Shown one piece after another: positions 10,605 through 24,062 of a DNA stretch of 64,000 bases. Position 1 is the stretch's first letter; the number at the start of each line of letters is the position of its first letter. Below the pieces are notes generated by a model. That model was given only the letters and a program-made list of their open reading frames with translations. It had not been told where the DNA came from and made no database searches. The position numbers and the translations under genes are program-made. The stretch is taken from positions 477,570 through 541,569 of the forward strand of contig MU006089.1 in the NCBI GenBank assembly GCA_010093705.1, written 5' to 3'. This DNA comes from Patellaria atrata CBS 101060 (taxonomy: Eukaryota).

Positions 10605-12878
10605 GATGGTCCGCTGAAGATGGTTTGAAAATCTAGCAACAATAATTATGTGCGAGGTACGGCTCTTATATACATGTCAACAGAGTAAAAAAAAAAGGTG
10701 CTGAAACTAGAAGATGACAAGAATTTAGATTTCTATACTAGATGTGGACATAGTAATTAAGGGGGAAGTAGCAAAAACTTCGAATAAAGAAATGCCGGAT
10801 CGACGGGAATATCTCCTTAGATTATAGACAAAGTACTGTTCCGGCCAGGCGATGGAGTTCACGAGACTCCGAGGAAAGTTGATTTGACATGAATAAGGTC
10901 ATGGCAATCTATGAGACTGAATTTGACGTGTATCGGGGATAGATCTAAATGTCCCGATATTGATACCCGGTTAGGCAGGTCTGTGAGAGGTCTAATGAGG
11001 CTCTATCGATGCTTCTCGAGCAAATCATGCTCATCTGTTCAATAAGTAGATCCTGTCTCGAATAAAGGAAGCATCTTACAGCAAGAGTATGAAGGGAACC
11101 ACAGGGATTGGAGATGGAAGAGAGAGTTCTATGATTGTTAGTTGGAACAATCAACTCTAGGGCGAACTCACTGGGGCGACTGATGATGAATGGAACGGGG
11201 CGACTTTCATGATAGGCTTAGAAGCACAAACCATGACCTTGAGCATATCACAAAGCAAGGAATGCCTATTACGAACCCTGGGGCATGAGCTTCCCCGCAG
11301 AATCGTGATACGCGCCACGAAGAACATGCAAGGTTAGTAAGAGTTCCGTTTGCAAGTCTAACCATCAGAGAATGCTAGTCCGTAACTAGGTTTTTATTAT
11401 CCATCTTATATGAGTAACATCTAGCTTCCGAGTACACTCGGTGCGCCGAACTCTGCGCTTAAGCATCGCTGCTAAATCTTGCGGTTAAGAGCAGGATAGA
11501 CTCCGTCACTTAGGTTCCTTCATGAGAACGTAACATCGCCCCTCCCTAAGGGTTCCGTACGAGACGAGGTGAAGCTGGGCTGATAAGAGTAATTATGCTC
11601 CGTACTGACCTAGAGAGGAATACAAAAGAAGTTAGACGTCAGTCCGGACAGGGTGTTGAAATGATTCGTATGCGTGTCAGACGAGAAGGATGCTAGTGGT
11701 TCGATGGCTGATGGTTTCTTTACTGCATATTATCGGGACATGGGGTTGGTCAAGAAAATGGTCGTCCCACCTTGCATGTGAAGCATCACAATGGTGAGGG
11801 GATGCAAATGGGGCCGAGATATTAATCTAGGAGGGCTGCGACTGAGCTAGGAATTGGAGCATCAGCGTTATAATGTAGGTATTCGGGTTTCCCGCCTGGT
11901 GTGGTATTACCCCACAACCTCAATAAGCATTCCCCATACTTGGCGCCGAACCCCTGCCAGCGAACTCGCGGAGTAAACGTAAAAAGAGTACCTTCGCGTT
12001 TGACAGTATTCTTATCAATCCATGCTCAGAGACGAGCTGAGAATGCCCTCGTTGTCTGTATAGGACTTAAAGCGATGGTAACGCGATACACGATTGAGGT
12101 TTGCTACCCTGATGGAAGTCTGATAGTATGGATTGGTGTGAACGTCGAGGTAAGCAATCGCCTCCGTACTTGGCATGACTTAGTAGTTACCAAGCATTGC
12201 AAGAACGTGCTCAAGGACTCGATTGTGGGAACTTGTGGATACTTTCACGTACAATGCACAGGGCACAGTACGGTGTGGTGCGCTTTAACCAGGCGACGCG
12301 ATATTGCTGTAATATAGGAACTCCGGTTTGGGCCGTCGGGTGCGTTGGCCCCGCTTGGGATACGTAGACCGTACAGATCCTAGACAGGCACACGAGGACT
12401 GACGCTTCCTCGTGCCGACAAAGAGACGACAAAGGGGCGCAAGAAAGCATCGGAACGTGCATCAGGCTCATCTATAAGTCTTGGAGCCATTCAAAGCTTT
12501 CTTCTACGGCCTTGGTAGAAACCTTCTGATAATACAGCAATGAGATAATGTTCTCATTCATCGTGTGTACTTCACATTTTCAGGGGAAGTGGTTTGCATT
12601 CACAATAATGTAGTGTCTCGTGAACAATGTCTACTAATGTTTAGCAACTTCGAATAAATGAAGCCTCTAGGCGGTGGATCTTGTCTTCTCTGGGTAAGCT
12701 CGTGAATGCAATGAGTATCCTATGTGAATGGTTGCCGAAGTAGCCATGTAGTGACATTCCTCCTTTTGAAGCCCGATTGCATCGCCTGTGCTGATCGAAA
12801 AGGTATAAACAGTGAAGGGCTTGTATATTCTCCAGATGCGTTCAATATGTCAAATTGCTATAGTTAGGACGATAAGCA

Positions 12879-14498
12879 TCAAGATAGCCCAGATTCGGTG
12901 AGGGGACGCCTCTCGACAAGTCGCACCCATCTACGCCGCCTCCATTCCCCTTTCTGACCAGAGCCATTGCCTTCTTCCCAGCTTTTTCTTGCCTCTGAGT
13001 CTTTACTTTTTCCTTTTGAATTGAATGAAGGCCTTGTTCCTAGCTCTTTCTCATCGTCATACTTGATATCAGTGACCCACCTCTCGCCCTCGATTTCGAT
13101 TTCGACGCCCGAAATACAACGCTCCTCCACCCATTCTCTTGACAGAAGGTCCAAAATCCACTTTTTGTCGGACCATCGCCACCCAGATGGTGGCTCTACA
13201 TCTTCAAAAAACCGTGTGCCTCGAGGTCTGTCGCCTGCGATGCGAGATGGTGACAATGGCGTATATGGTGAGGAACTAAACATGAATGGTTCATATTCAG
13301 AATCCTTAGAGTATAAGTCGTGCCGCTGCAACTCAAATATTTCAACTTCACGCTTCTCAAAACGAGTTGAGAGTAAATTATCCGAAGTAGAGAAATCATC
13401 GAACCAGGAGGTAACTTTGGTCTCGTTATCATGGTACAGCTTGTTGGCCTTGGGAGTATGGAGCAACTCCTGTACGCTACTGTGTCCCACACAGACAGCA
13501 ATCCAACCAAGGATTAGGAATATCCCCCGCCAAGGAAGAAGATGAGAGACTATGAATAAAGCGCAGCTAAGAAAAAATATGGAAAGAAACAAAGTAGAGG
13601 AAAGTGATTCATTAGAGAAATTGGTTGGTGGTGCGATGACAGAGATTGCTAGGTCATGGAGTCTACTAAAGTCCTCCATACAATTCTGTAGATCACGCAT
13701 ATTGCGAAAGAAGTCCTTGCTTAGCTCTGGCGCTGGTTTCACTGTCGGAGGAGGTGCTATAGCTGGGCCAGTTAATGGGTAAGCTTCCGTGGGTAGTGTT
13801 GTCGGAGGCGCCGGGTGTCTAGCCAAATATGCAGGTACCATAACAAAGAAAAGACAACCAACAAGCGGTAGGACAGCTAAAAGTGTAGGCTCAAGGCAAA
13901 GGAAGGTATAAATTGCTAAGAAGGACAACGTTTGAGTAGGGGCACGCCATGTGAAAAGACGAATCATACGGTTTTGGAAGATGAAAGCTACTCCAATCCT
14001 ATCACATGTAAGATTGATATCTTCCTGATAAGGCTGACATGAATTAAGGGCAATAAAGCATACCTTGAGTTGAACCGTCGGAAGTTACTTGACATGAGTG
14101 GGAGACTAAAGTTTGGACGGTCGACATATTTCCTCGAACGTTTATCCATAGGAGTCTCTCCAGGTTCATCGGACTCTTGTACGGGGACAATCTGTTGTAG
14201 AAGCCTAGTAATGGTATGAGCCAGCCGCTCGTATGATATTGTGTTTTGCTATAATTACGCACATGTTGAATAGTCTGTCTTGCATGCTGCCCTTTGGTCC
14301 CAACATCTCATCGTGTTTCAAATCCTCCAGTTTCCCCTTTAGATTATTCGGGGACAGATTACGTCTGAAAGACTCTCTTTTGCTTGATGATGGTTCATTT
14401 CGGGCTGGGGATGTTGACTCGTATTGAGAACTTGATACAGAGATCGTAGGGATAGGATCATCGCGGTTTACTAGAGTGTGAGCGGGGGATTTCTCCAT
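12879..14498 (-). CDS. Integral peroxisomal membrane peroxin, Pex24/Pex28/Pex29 family (dysferlin domain)
   Basis: Spliced N-terminus ...FNMLLQQIVP...MSSNFRRFNS, then KDFFRNMRDLQN, TM segments, EIFELQR and the dysferlin-like GEWRRRRWVRLV. Two introns (~14204-14261 and ~14000-14062). Confidence 0.85.
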
Positions 14499-14926
14499 GT
14501 TGTAGGCCGGAGAAAAGGATCCAGCTATGTGGAGACCTAACAAGGACGAGAGGTCTAGTAGGCTTAGTAACTAAGCACATGTTAATAGAAGTCTTTCTTC
14601 TGGACCAGCACAAACAGGAAGTGACCTCACAGAAGCTCACAAGGGCATGTTCACCTCGGGTAAACCTTGGGAATAAGACAAACGCTTGGCATGGCGGCTC
14701 TTAATGTGGCGTTGACACTCCATTACCTTATCTTCACAATTCTTCCTCTCCAGCTACACCATCATCACCTCTTCCTAGCACTTCTTCATCGACTCTTTCC
14801 GCATTACATCATCACGACCCTCGTTTCCGTATACCCATTCCCTGTACACTCAGCTTTTTAACCTTCTGCGACGCTACTCAATCCTTCCGTGTACCTCATA
14901 TAAGATCATATAAGTGGTTGCCCAAG

Positions 14927-15958
14927 ATGCCACGAGCAGAGGTAGGATCCACGAAGTATCTTGCCAACCGTATGAAGATGAAAGGGCTCCAGCGTCTTAG
15001 ATGGTACTGTCAGCCTTGCGAACGCCAGATGAGGGATGAAAATGCCTTCAAACAGCATACGATGTCTGAGAGTCATATCCGGAATATGTTAGCAGTGGGA
15101 GAGAACACTCGATCTCACATAAGCCAGTGGTCCACACAATTTCAAAATGATTTTGTCAACCAGCTACGTACGAGCCACCAAGAGAAGCCAGTCGTTTTAA
15201 ACCACATGTATCAGCAGTACATCTCACATAAAGAACACATACACATGAATGCGACGCGTTGGAATTCCCTCACCGAGTTTGCCCTCTATCTTGGTCGTGA
15301 AGGCATCTGTTGTGTCGAAGAAGATCCCGAGAAAGGATTGACTATAGCCTGGATCAATAATAGTCCGGATGCTTTAAGGAGACAGGAAGCCCTGCGAAAG
15401 AAAGAAAGAGAAAATCGTGGCGATGAAGAACGTGAACAGCGTATGATAAGAGAACAGGTAGCGAAGGCAAAGGCACAAAGGGAGACGTCTACCGAAGATG
15501 CCAATGAGGAAGAGGCTGAGGATGCTACTATCCTTCAAAGAGCGGAGGGAGAGAAGATAAAATTGAGTTTTGGATCTAAACCACAGGCAGTCACACCGAT
15601 CACACCACCGAAGTCTGAATCGGAGTTAGGATTGGGATCAGACAAAGCTGAATCACAATCTCCAGACGTAACTCGGAAACAACGAGAAGTACCTCAAACA
15701 GCGACCCCACCAGTGGATGACAGAACTACCGACGCTATTCCAGTGAAAGTTTCTATCGCAAGTGGAGCCATCAAGCCTAAGAATATCTTTGCAGCGGCGA
15801 AGAAGAGTAATCCACTATCTAATAAAAAGAGTATCTTACAGCTACCCCCTAAGAAAATGAGCGAAGCGGAACGCATTATGAAAGAGGAAATTGAGAGGAA
15901 ACGTGCTAGGGAAGCTAGCGGGCTTGGAGGCAGTTTCAAGAAGCAGAGAATAGGATAA
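14927..15958 (+). CDS. RTS2: KIN17/Rts2 zinc-finger nucleic-acid-binding protein
   Basis: KGLQRLRWYCQPCERQMRDENAFKQHTMSESH C2H2-like finger and the HIHMNATRWNSLTEF Kin17 domain. Confidence 0.92.
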   Translation: MPRAEVGSTKYLANRMKMKGLQRLRWYCQPCERQMRDENAFKQHTMSESHIRNMLAVGENTRSHISQWSTQFQNDFVNQLRTSHQEKPVVLNHMYQQYISHKEHIHMNATRWNSLTEFALYLGREGICCVEEDPEKGLTIAWINNSPDALRRQEALRKKERENRGDEEREQRMIREQVAKAKAQRETSTEDANEEEAEDATILQRAEGEKIKLSFGSKPQAVTPITPPKSESELGLGSDKAESQSPDVTRKQREVPQTATPPVDDRTTDAIPVKVSIASGAIKPKNIFAAAKKSNPLSNKKSILQLPPKKMSEAERIMKEEIERKRAREASGLGGSFKKQRIG

Positions 15959-16185
15959 TGGAAGGTCCTATCGCATCTACACTATTGGGAATAGGAGTTA
16001 TCTGAATGGAACTGTGGGACTTTTGTGAGCATTTACAGCGTGGCGTTTGGGCTCCTTTACGATCAAATGCAAGGACGGACATCTTACGTTTGCATTACTG
16101 GATTTCATATTCTACCCTCTCATGTATATATTTAAGAGTCGGAGGATATAAACTTTAATTATACGTCATCAATGTCACCGTCTCT

Positions 16186-17008
16186 CTATCCACGAGTAAT
16201 GATTGCCCACCAATTATCCTTCTCGTATCCAGCATCTAAAATAACGCCGCCTGCGCTCTTAACATCCTCTTCTAGCTCCCCTTTACGATATAGATGATAG
16301 TACCGCTGAAACGTCTTGTCTTCTTGTTTCACTTGCCCTATTGCCTTTCTATCTGCACCCTTCAATACCCACGGGACCATAACGTCCTGCTCGTCTCCCT
16401 CATCCCATCCTCTCCGACTAGACTTCTGTTCCAGCGCCCAAACATATATGAGGGCTTTCCCTTCCGAGTCTGCTTTCCCATCCGGTAAAGGCGGTCGCAG
16501 AGTCTCTAGTATGGATTTTATAGCCTCGATCCTCCGCGCTGGCGTCGAGAGATGGTGTATTACAGCGATCGATATCGCGAAGTCAAACTTAGCAAGCGGA
16601 TGTGGGAGAAATAGTGTGTCCGCTACAATGGTGCTAGAGGGAGAATGCGAAGACGCTATGCGTGTGAGATTGTGAGATCTATCTGAACCGATGATGAATA
16701 CGTTTTTATTCACGGAAAGGTATTTCCCATTCCCGCAGCCGATATCTAGGCCTACAGAGCCGGGAGGAAGAGAAAGGAGGAAACGCTCGACTATGGGCCA
16801 GGGCTAGATGTCAGTTAGCAATTAAAGGATTCCAAGCGTAGTTGTAGGGGATTCGGTGCCAATTGAGCCCGCAGGATGGGATCACGCACACCTTGTACCG
16901 CGTGGATGAGAAGTGTTCCGCTATCTCTTCATAGACGGAGTGAACATGTTGGCGTTCGTATTCTTCGTCACGAGCGCTACCAGACTGCTCGCTTCTAGAT
17001 TGCTCCAT
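16186..17008 (-). CDS. TRM9: tRNA (mcm5U34) methyltransferase
   Basis: YERQHVHSVYEEIAEHFSSTRYK, an intron (~16805-16891), then PWPIVERFL, the SAM motif LDIGCGNGKY, ISIAVIHHLST and RYYHLY. Confidence 0.92.
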
Positions 17009-18589
17009 CTCAATTTGAGCTTACCCGTACAGACTTTTATGTACAAGAGAAGAAGCTGTTAATTTGCCTTGATAATGGGAAGTGGGTAGTTGTACTAAGA
17101 TCGCGGGGCTGCGGGAGATCTGCAGCCCTTCTGCAGCCCTACAGCGGATATCTTGACCTCCAACCTCGAATTTTCCAGCTCCATTTCATACAAGAGATGA
17201 TCATCTGAAATACCCCTGGTAAACACCAGTTCGATTCTCCGTATATCTCTATCTATAGTCTCACCGTTCTTTGATTCCATCGAACGTATATGCCGGCTTT
17301 GCGAATATGGCCGCCATAATACCAAGAAATAGCTTCAGAGGAACGCCACATTATACTGTATCACGCCGTAGACAACTAACTGTACTCACGATCACCTCCC
17401 CAAACTCGAGAGGTACTGTACGGAGCTACTCAATGGAACCGAGCGTGGCATCTTTAGTCATGGCCAACTCATTTTCTGTGGCTCAATACAGTAAGCTGAT
17501 AAATAACGCAAAGAGGTAATCGCAGTTAATGGTCATAGCATATAAACAGCATATCGATACGACTATTATTGTAAGAAGTATTCTCTATTTTTTCTTAAAG
17601 GTTCAGTGTTACCTATTGCTGCTCTCGGCTCCACTAATTTCACAGCGGCGAACAATGAACCACAATAGCCGTTTTCAGTATCATTGTCTTTAACAGTAGC
17701 GTGATTCGACTACTCCAATGGCCGAATTAAGTACAGTTCAGTATTTTCATCTCCTTTATTCTATCTTTTATTTTCCTTCCAGTCATTTTGCTCGTATATC
17801 TCTATATTCCAACCACGAAAGAAAAGATCATACATCGCCAGTCCCCTTAGCTTTTTCATGCTCCTTGTAGCTACTAGATAGCTTCAGTGGTCCTTTAGAG
17901 TTATTTTCTTAAAAGTGCAATGTCGGGAGTTACTCGTCACCGTGTGCTGCACGCACATAAAGCATCTACCTACGGTTCAGAAGAACAGAAGAGCAAGAAT
18001 GTAGTGGTACGTTTGCTATGATCTATCCCTATCGGAGACTCTTTCCTTGAGGCTCAACAAGATTGTACTCAAAGAATACATCACCTTCGACGGCGTACAT
18101 CTTAGATTACAAGCGTACAGTATAACCGTTATAGGAGTCTTATATGTATTAATGCGATACATCCGTCATCAAGGACAATTTATACATGCTGGGCGAAAGG
18201 ATCTAAATCCCCTGGTTTACCATTTTCCTGATGCATACAGGCGGATCAACATTTATATGTGTATACTAACAATCGAGTTCAACAAGGTACGCGATATTTC
18301 AAGAAATCCCCTCTCACTGTACCTCCTTCGGCTTCCCGAATCCCCGGAACTGGTGCTACCGCCGCAGTATACTGCAGCTCTTCTTCCACCTCCCCGTCTT
18401 CCAGTCTTGGATCACATCTCACGATTCCGGCTTTGACGAGTGTGCCGGTGACCTTTGTCGAGCCTGCGCTCTCAGCCGGCTCAATAGCCCCTACTAGAAA
18501 CAGAAAAAGGAGCAAACCAGGGCCATCACCGCGACCCACCAAAGCAAGCTGAACCAGGAAGTCGCAGACCTTGACAAACTGATCGCGAA

Positions 18590-19363
18590 GATTGGAAACG
18601 ACGGAGGTGTTTCTTGGAAAGGCACAGGGCAAACACAGGAAGGCGTGGCCGAATTCTTCGACTGAATATTCAGAGTAGAGATCGAAAAGGAGTATATCGA
18701 GTACGTCCTCCCTGGCCCCGAACCAATCTACCAAACAAACACCATGCTAGCGCAGACACCACAACTTCCCTCTTCAACACCAACCTCACCTCCACGTGGA
18801 CCTGCTCCAACTGCCATACGACCCACAGCTCCCCCGTGACCGGCGAACGCATCCTCAGCTTCGCCATCGACACGCCCTCAACCGGCCTCCCCCTCCTCTC
18901 CTCCTGCATCACCTCATACACTCGCGAAACCGTCGACACCCGCTGCGACTCCTGCAAAAAGTCCCACAACAACTTACAACGCACGCAACACATCCTTTCC
19001 GCGCCGGAAGTCCTGTTCCTCCAATTCAAGCTCTTCCGCACCGAACAGCACATCACCAACCGCGGCGTCACCGTCAGCTACCAAAAGATGCAGAAGGCGC
19101 CGATATACGGACCCTAGCTCGATCTAAGCCCATACCAGATGAACCTCCGCTTGCGGGACAAGCCGAATCTGGGGTATAAGTTGGTTGGGGCGGTGTGCCA
19201 TTCGGGGCAGAACCTCAGTTCGGGCCATTATATCGCGTATGTGGTGGGTCCCTGGGGGATTAAGAAGTCAACGATAGGAGGGTCCGAGAGGCGGGGTTTG
19301 AGGGAGATGTTGAACCCCGAGGGGCCCCTTGGAGACGTATTTGTTGGTGTATGTAAAGACATA
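18590..19363 (+). pseudogene. Degenerate ubiquitin-specific protease (peptidase C19) relic
   Basis: QEGVAEFFD*IF (QQD-box-like, TGA at 18663-18665), CxxC pairs, APEVLFLQFKLF, an in-frame TAG at 19115-19117, the His box VCHSGQNLSSGHYIAYV, then frameshifted NDRRV and YLLVY. No Cys box found. Confidence 0.75.
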
Positions 19364-19968
19364 GGAGTGCTTGGGGCTTGGGCTGGTTCAATTCCTGAGA
19401 TTTTTCGTATGGGAATGAATAATTCGCCTTCTGGAGTTTGTACTGTACGGTATATCTGAAGTATACTCGTCTTTAGCAGATCCTGTACGGGTTTTGACAT
19501 CAGTGTACGGAGAACAGAGGATATTACCAGACACGTCGTATAGCATTTTAGTATTATTCTCGTTCAACGTTTTATTCTAGAGTATATCAGCATACGGGGT
19601 TCCTTGTTTCCACCCATTTCAACTGTTAGACGAATACCTGTACAATCTCCCTCTCCTATGATAGTAAGATTATGAAGGAACTGAGAAGCTCCTATTCGTA
19701 CAGATCCCCCCTTGATGTATTCAAAATAGGAGGAGTGTGAAAGAGAAACTGTAGCAGATTCACCTTGACACTACTTTTTAAAACTCGTGATGTCATTGTC
19801 GTTACATTCGTGTATTTGTTGAATATCGCTCTTCTGAAGTGATCACTAATAATCTTGCAGAGATGGCTAACGCCCACCACAATCCTATTTCCAAGCCTAG
19901 GGTATGTCAATGTCCTCCTTCGCAGGAATGCGGTCTAACAACTTAAAGTACTGATACTCTCGCTCTCT

Positions 19969-21818
19969 CTATTTGTCTCCCTCCTTTCCCCACCTTGCCG
20001 CTTCATCTCCCCCAGTCCACTCCTTCTCGGTGTAGCCTAATCGACGCTTTACGTCTTCAACTGTTGCTTTATCGCCTGTGTTCTTACCAATATTGTCACT
20101 GATTTTGACGGCGGGTCTACCGCCCGCCGAGAATAGCTTAATAACGATATTGAGTGGGATTGATTTTTTGCCTGTTGAGAGACGGGTAAAGTCATCTGGT
20201 TCCAGTCTTAGTTGGTGTATATTAACTTTGCAATTAGGATAACTTACTAGTCAGGAAAGTTCCCATGCCAAAGGTTGGTTGGAAACCTTCTGCTTCAGCT
20301 GCTGCTTTGTACTTCAGACAAAGTTCTATATTCAGCGAATCTGAAAACACGATCGTCTTCTTCTCAGTTATCCCCTGGCTGTCGTAGAACTTCCTCATCA
20401 GTTTAATGAAGTCGACCGGGTCGCCAGAGTCTTGACGAACACCGGTAAAGACTTGAGCGTAAGTTGGTGGCTCCTGTGCTCGAGAATCGCCGTCATGTAT
20501 CGGTGCGGAGAGGGGAGGGTCAGTGTTGCTCAGTGTTTCCTCAGCTGGGATAGACGAAGTTGTACCCACTGAAGCGGTAGTTGCGGCGGATCCGGAGACA
20601 GGGGTCGTATATTTGGGAATATGCTTCTGGAACGCTTCAAGAAACGAAGGAGTACCAAACGTGTCTGTCAGGGCGATTCCGAGAACCTGTAAAGTTAGCT
20701 TCCGGATGATTTTGGAATAGGGTTATATTTGTAGAAATAGGACATAGCCATGCTCACCCCTTCGCCAAATGTCCCCACCCAATATCTCAGTGAAATTTCA
20801 TTAGCTTGTTCATAGTCATTGGTGACTGCCGCAACTCCCATGAACCACTCGTGGGCCACAGTGCCGACTGGGGTCAGTCCATACTTCATAGCGAACTGTA
20901 CATTGCTGGTACCTGAGAGTTTACCTGTCCATCCTGCATCTCTTGCATCAGCTTCAGCCTTTAGCAGACCTTGAATTACTAGGTCTTGGGTATGATAGCA
21001 ACGTCTGCGTCTACTTCCGAATTCCGACAATAGGCAACCCTCTTTGAGCAACCGCTGGCCCTTCGAGCGCGCAAGGTCGAGCTGTCCGTCATAATTCCAA
21101 TCTCGATCGATGAACTTGAAGTAAGCCTCACTAATGAGTGCTAACAGGGGAATTTCGTATAGAATAGTTTCCACCCACAGCCCCTTGACCCGCAGCTCCA
21201 GATCGCCGACATCCTCGTCACTGCCGGTGTCATTGGTGGGATGAAACTGCAGATCGATTTGGTCGGCGGGACGTAAGCGGAACGAGGAGAGAAACCCGAG
21301 GTATCCACTGGTAAGGAATGAACATTTACTTGACAGGAAGCTGTGCTCCTCGTCAGAGAGTGTTAATTCTCCGAGCTCTACCGAATGAGGAGTCAGCCCG
21401 TAGTCCTTATGACGAAAACATTTGATTCCGTACTTGTTATCTGGATCTGGAGCCACTTGAAAGCCGTTCGGTTGAGTTTCAAATGGGGAGTACGGTTTGT
21501 AAAGTTATAGGTAACAGCTAACAGGCACCTAATTAGATCCAGTTTATGCTCTGGCAGCCATATCCTTGACTTACGGACGTCGGGGAAGTACTTGAGGACA
21601 CAGCCTAAGGTGGTCTTCTATTCAGCTCTATGTAACACAAGCCAACTCTCAGCCAAAAGCACTTACATTGCATAGTAAGCTTGTACAGATCTCTAGAAGA
21701 GTGTTAGAAGGATATTGCCTGCAAACATGGTTCATGTAATGCACAGAATATGCACTCACGTATCGAGTAACGAAAAGATCGCTGGCGGCAGCTCTGCCGC
21801 TTCGCCTGAAGAAGCCAT
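19969..21818 (-). CDS. NPT1: Nicotinate phosphoribosyltransferase
   Basis: Spliced IFSLLDT/DLYKLTMQ, then EFGSRRRR, GTSNV, GTVAHEW, ALTDTFGT, GVRQDSGDP, FSDSLN and AVKISDNIGKNTGD. About 6 introns; TAG at 19969-19971. Confidence 0.95.
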
Positions 21819-22964
21819 AACTGGCAATGTGAGAGGAGGCACGGGGTGTGATATGGAGGCACGGCTATAGCGCTGGTGCGGTTCAAGCGTCCAACATCAA
21901 TAGTTATCCGGGAGCACCGTAGGGAATTAGGACTAGAAAGGCAAGTATTGCAGACAGGGCTGAAGAACAACAAGCAGAATAGGGCACGACATGCAAAGGT
22001 ATGCCAGATAGAGTGAGATAGTGTGAAATAATGAACTGAAACGAGCAGAACGAGGCAGGTTTGATGACTGATCCCTTCACAGAACTGTATGACTTGGTAG
22101 AACTACCACGATGCGAGTTCAGCATGCACAGAACGCACACGACGGTTTCTGGCTTTGCATCGTGTCATACGTATGTAACCATGTTGTATATATAACTTAG
22201 ATATTATTCTTAAACCTTGCTCGATGCTTGCATACCTTATTAGATTGTCAGATTTTTAACGGTGCGGTAATTCTTTGTGTGGAGGAAAGCAGTTTGGAAT
22301 TCGATGAGACGAATGGAAACAGCTTTTGCTCTTCGTTTGTGCTGCCCCACCAAAACGCATGGCATTGCCTGTGCACAGCTTAGCCCGAAAGGCCCAAACT
22401 GCTGGTGAGGGGCACCAAAAGCTCCTGGGCGCGCAAAACTTACCCGTCCCCCCGTGACCCCCGCCAAAGGCTGCCCCCCGAGCCCCCTTGGCCCTGGGGT
22501 TGCGCGCCGAGTCATCCCACATGGCAGACAGCCGTGACTAGAGAAAACACCTCAGCAAGCACCTCATTCTTTCGATACCAGCGCCCCAAAATAATCCCAA
22601 CTCCACCCCCCTCTCCTTTGCTAGCTCTCTCTTCCCAGTCACCACATGTAGCACTCGCTCCAAGTTCCAGTTTGAGCTTCATCTCAAGCTGGTTACGGCA
22701 CTGACCTTGTCGGACTCCGTCCCTTACACCGATCTGCTCATTCGTACACTGAAACTAGTGCACAGTGGCGTGCCCAGATCGCCCAGCTCACAATCAATCT
22801 TCGATCAAACTTTGCTCAACCTGAACAACCTGAATTTTCCACTCTCCCATCTCAATCTTATAGATATAAAGCCCGTGGCTCTAAGAGCGCTTCGAATGTC
22901 TAATTCTATACATCATCCGCAACGCATTGCCCAAAGTTCTCCTCACATTCCCTCCAACCGCAAC

Positions 22965-24062
22965 ATGGCGCAAGAAAAACTTCTGTCTCTGCATGATGAC
23001 GATCCCCGCTCTTCGACTCTCCAAAGGCTTCCCAACGCCAACTATCCTCGAAGACCCTCAATAAGCGCCAAAGAACGCGAAAACCTCTACGCGTCTATCC
23101 AGTCATCGAACAGCCGCGACAGACAACCGGTCATCTTTGACGCTCCAGACCCCTTTTTCAAAGATCATACCGCCCTTGTCAAACAGGCCCCCAGACCAAG
23201 ACTAGTTCGGAACATCTTAGAGGAGGAGGAGCAGGCACGGGACCCAAGAGACAAGGCCGTGCCTCCATCACCACCCCTCACTACTCGTCCTTCTAGTCCC
23301 TATACTCAAAATCCCACGGTAGACTTGGACGGATTGAGTTGGCCAAGTAGGTATCCAACGTACAATGGAAGGTTGATGCGTATGCTGACAGACTTGCAAG
23401 GTCTAGGAACCCGTGAACGACTAGAGGATAGCGTTGAGCAGAGAAAAGTTAGGGAACAGAAGCTCTCTGGTGCTGTCAAGACTATCCTCGAGTGTATAGG
23501 TGAGGATTCTGAGCGAGAAGGACTTCTTCAGACACCAGAGAGGTATGCGAAGGCTATGCTGTTCTTCACGAAGGGGTATGAAGAGAACCTGCGAGATATT
23601 GTGAATGGAGCTGTCTTCAACGAAGATCATGATGAGCTTGTCATTGTGAAAGATATTGAAATATTTTCTCTATGCGAACACCACTTGGTCCCATTCACTG
23701 GACGGGTAAGCTCACTCTACCTTCTCGCCTACTACTCCTCTAATATGTTATAGGTACACATTGGCTATATCCCAGACCGAAGAGTCATCGGACTATCGAA
23801 ACTAGGAAGAATAGCAGAGATGTACGCCAGAAGACTACAAGTACAAGAGCGGTTAACAAAGCAAATCGCCCTTGCGATATTAGAAGTCCTTCAACCTCGA
23901 GGTGTCGCCGTAGTCATTGAATCAGCTCATCTCTGTATGGTGAGCCGAGGGGTCCAGAAAACAACATCATCAACTACGACTAGCTGCATGCTTGGATGCT
24001 TCAGGTCACAGGGAAAGACAAGAGAGGAATTCTTGACCCTTGTCGGTGCTGGCCGGCGGTGA
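22965..24062 (+). CDS. FOL2: GTP cyclohydrolase I
   Basis: [51 protein letters not shown]. Introns at 23347-23400 and 23706-23753. The start could alternatively be ATG 22896. Confidence 0.93.

Noticed and set aside
17095..17325. 76-aa minus-strand ORF upstream of TRM9
   Set aside because: Short, with no recognisable motif; a gene fragment cannot be distinguished from chance.
22707..23340. Long N-terminal extension of GTP cyclohydrolase I as a novel fusion
   Set aside because: The ORF-track start is a TTG. The remaining extension is low-complexity and typical of fungal GCH1.
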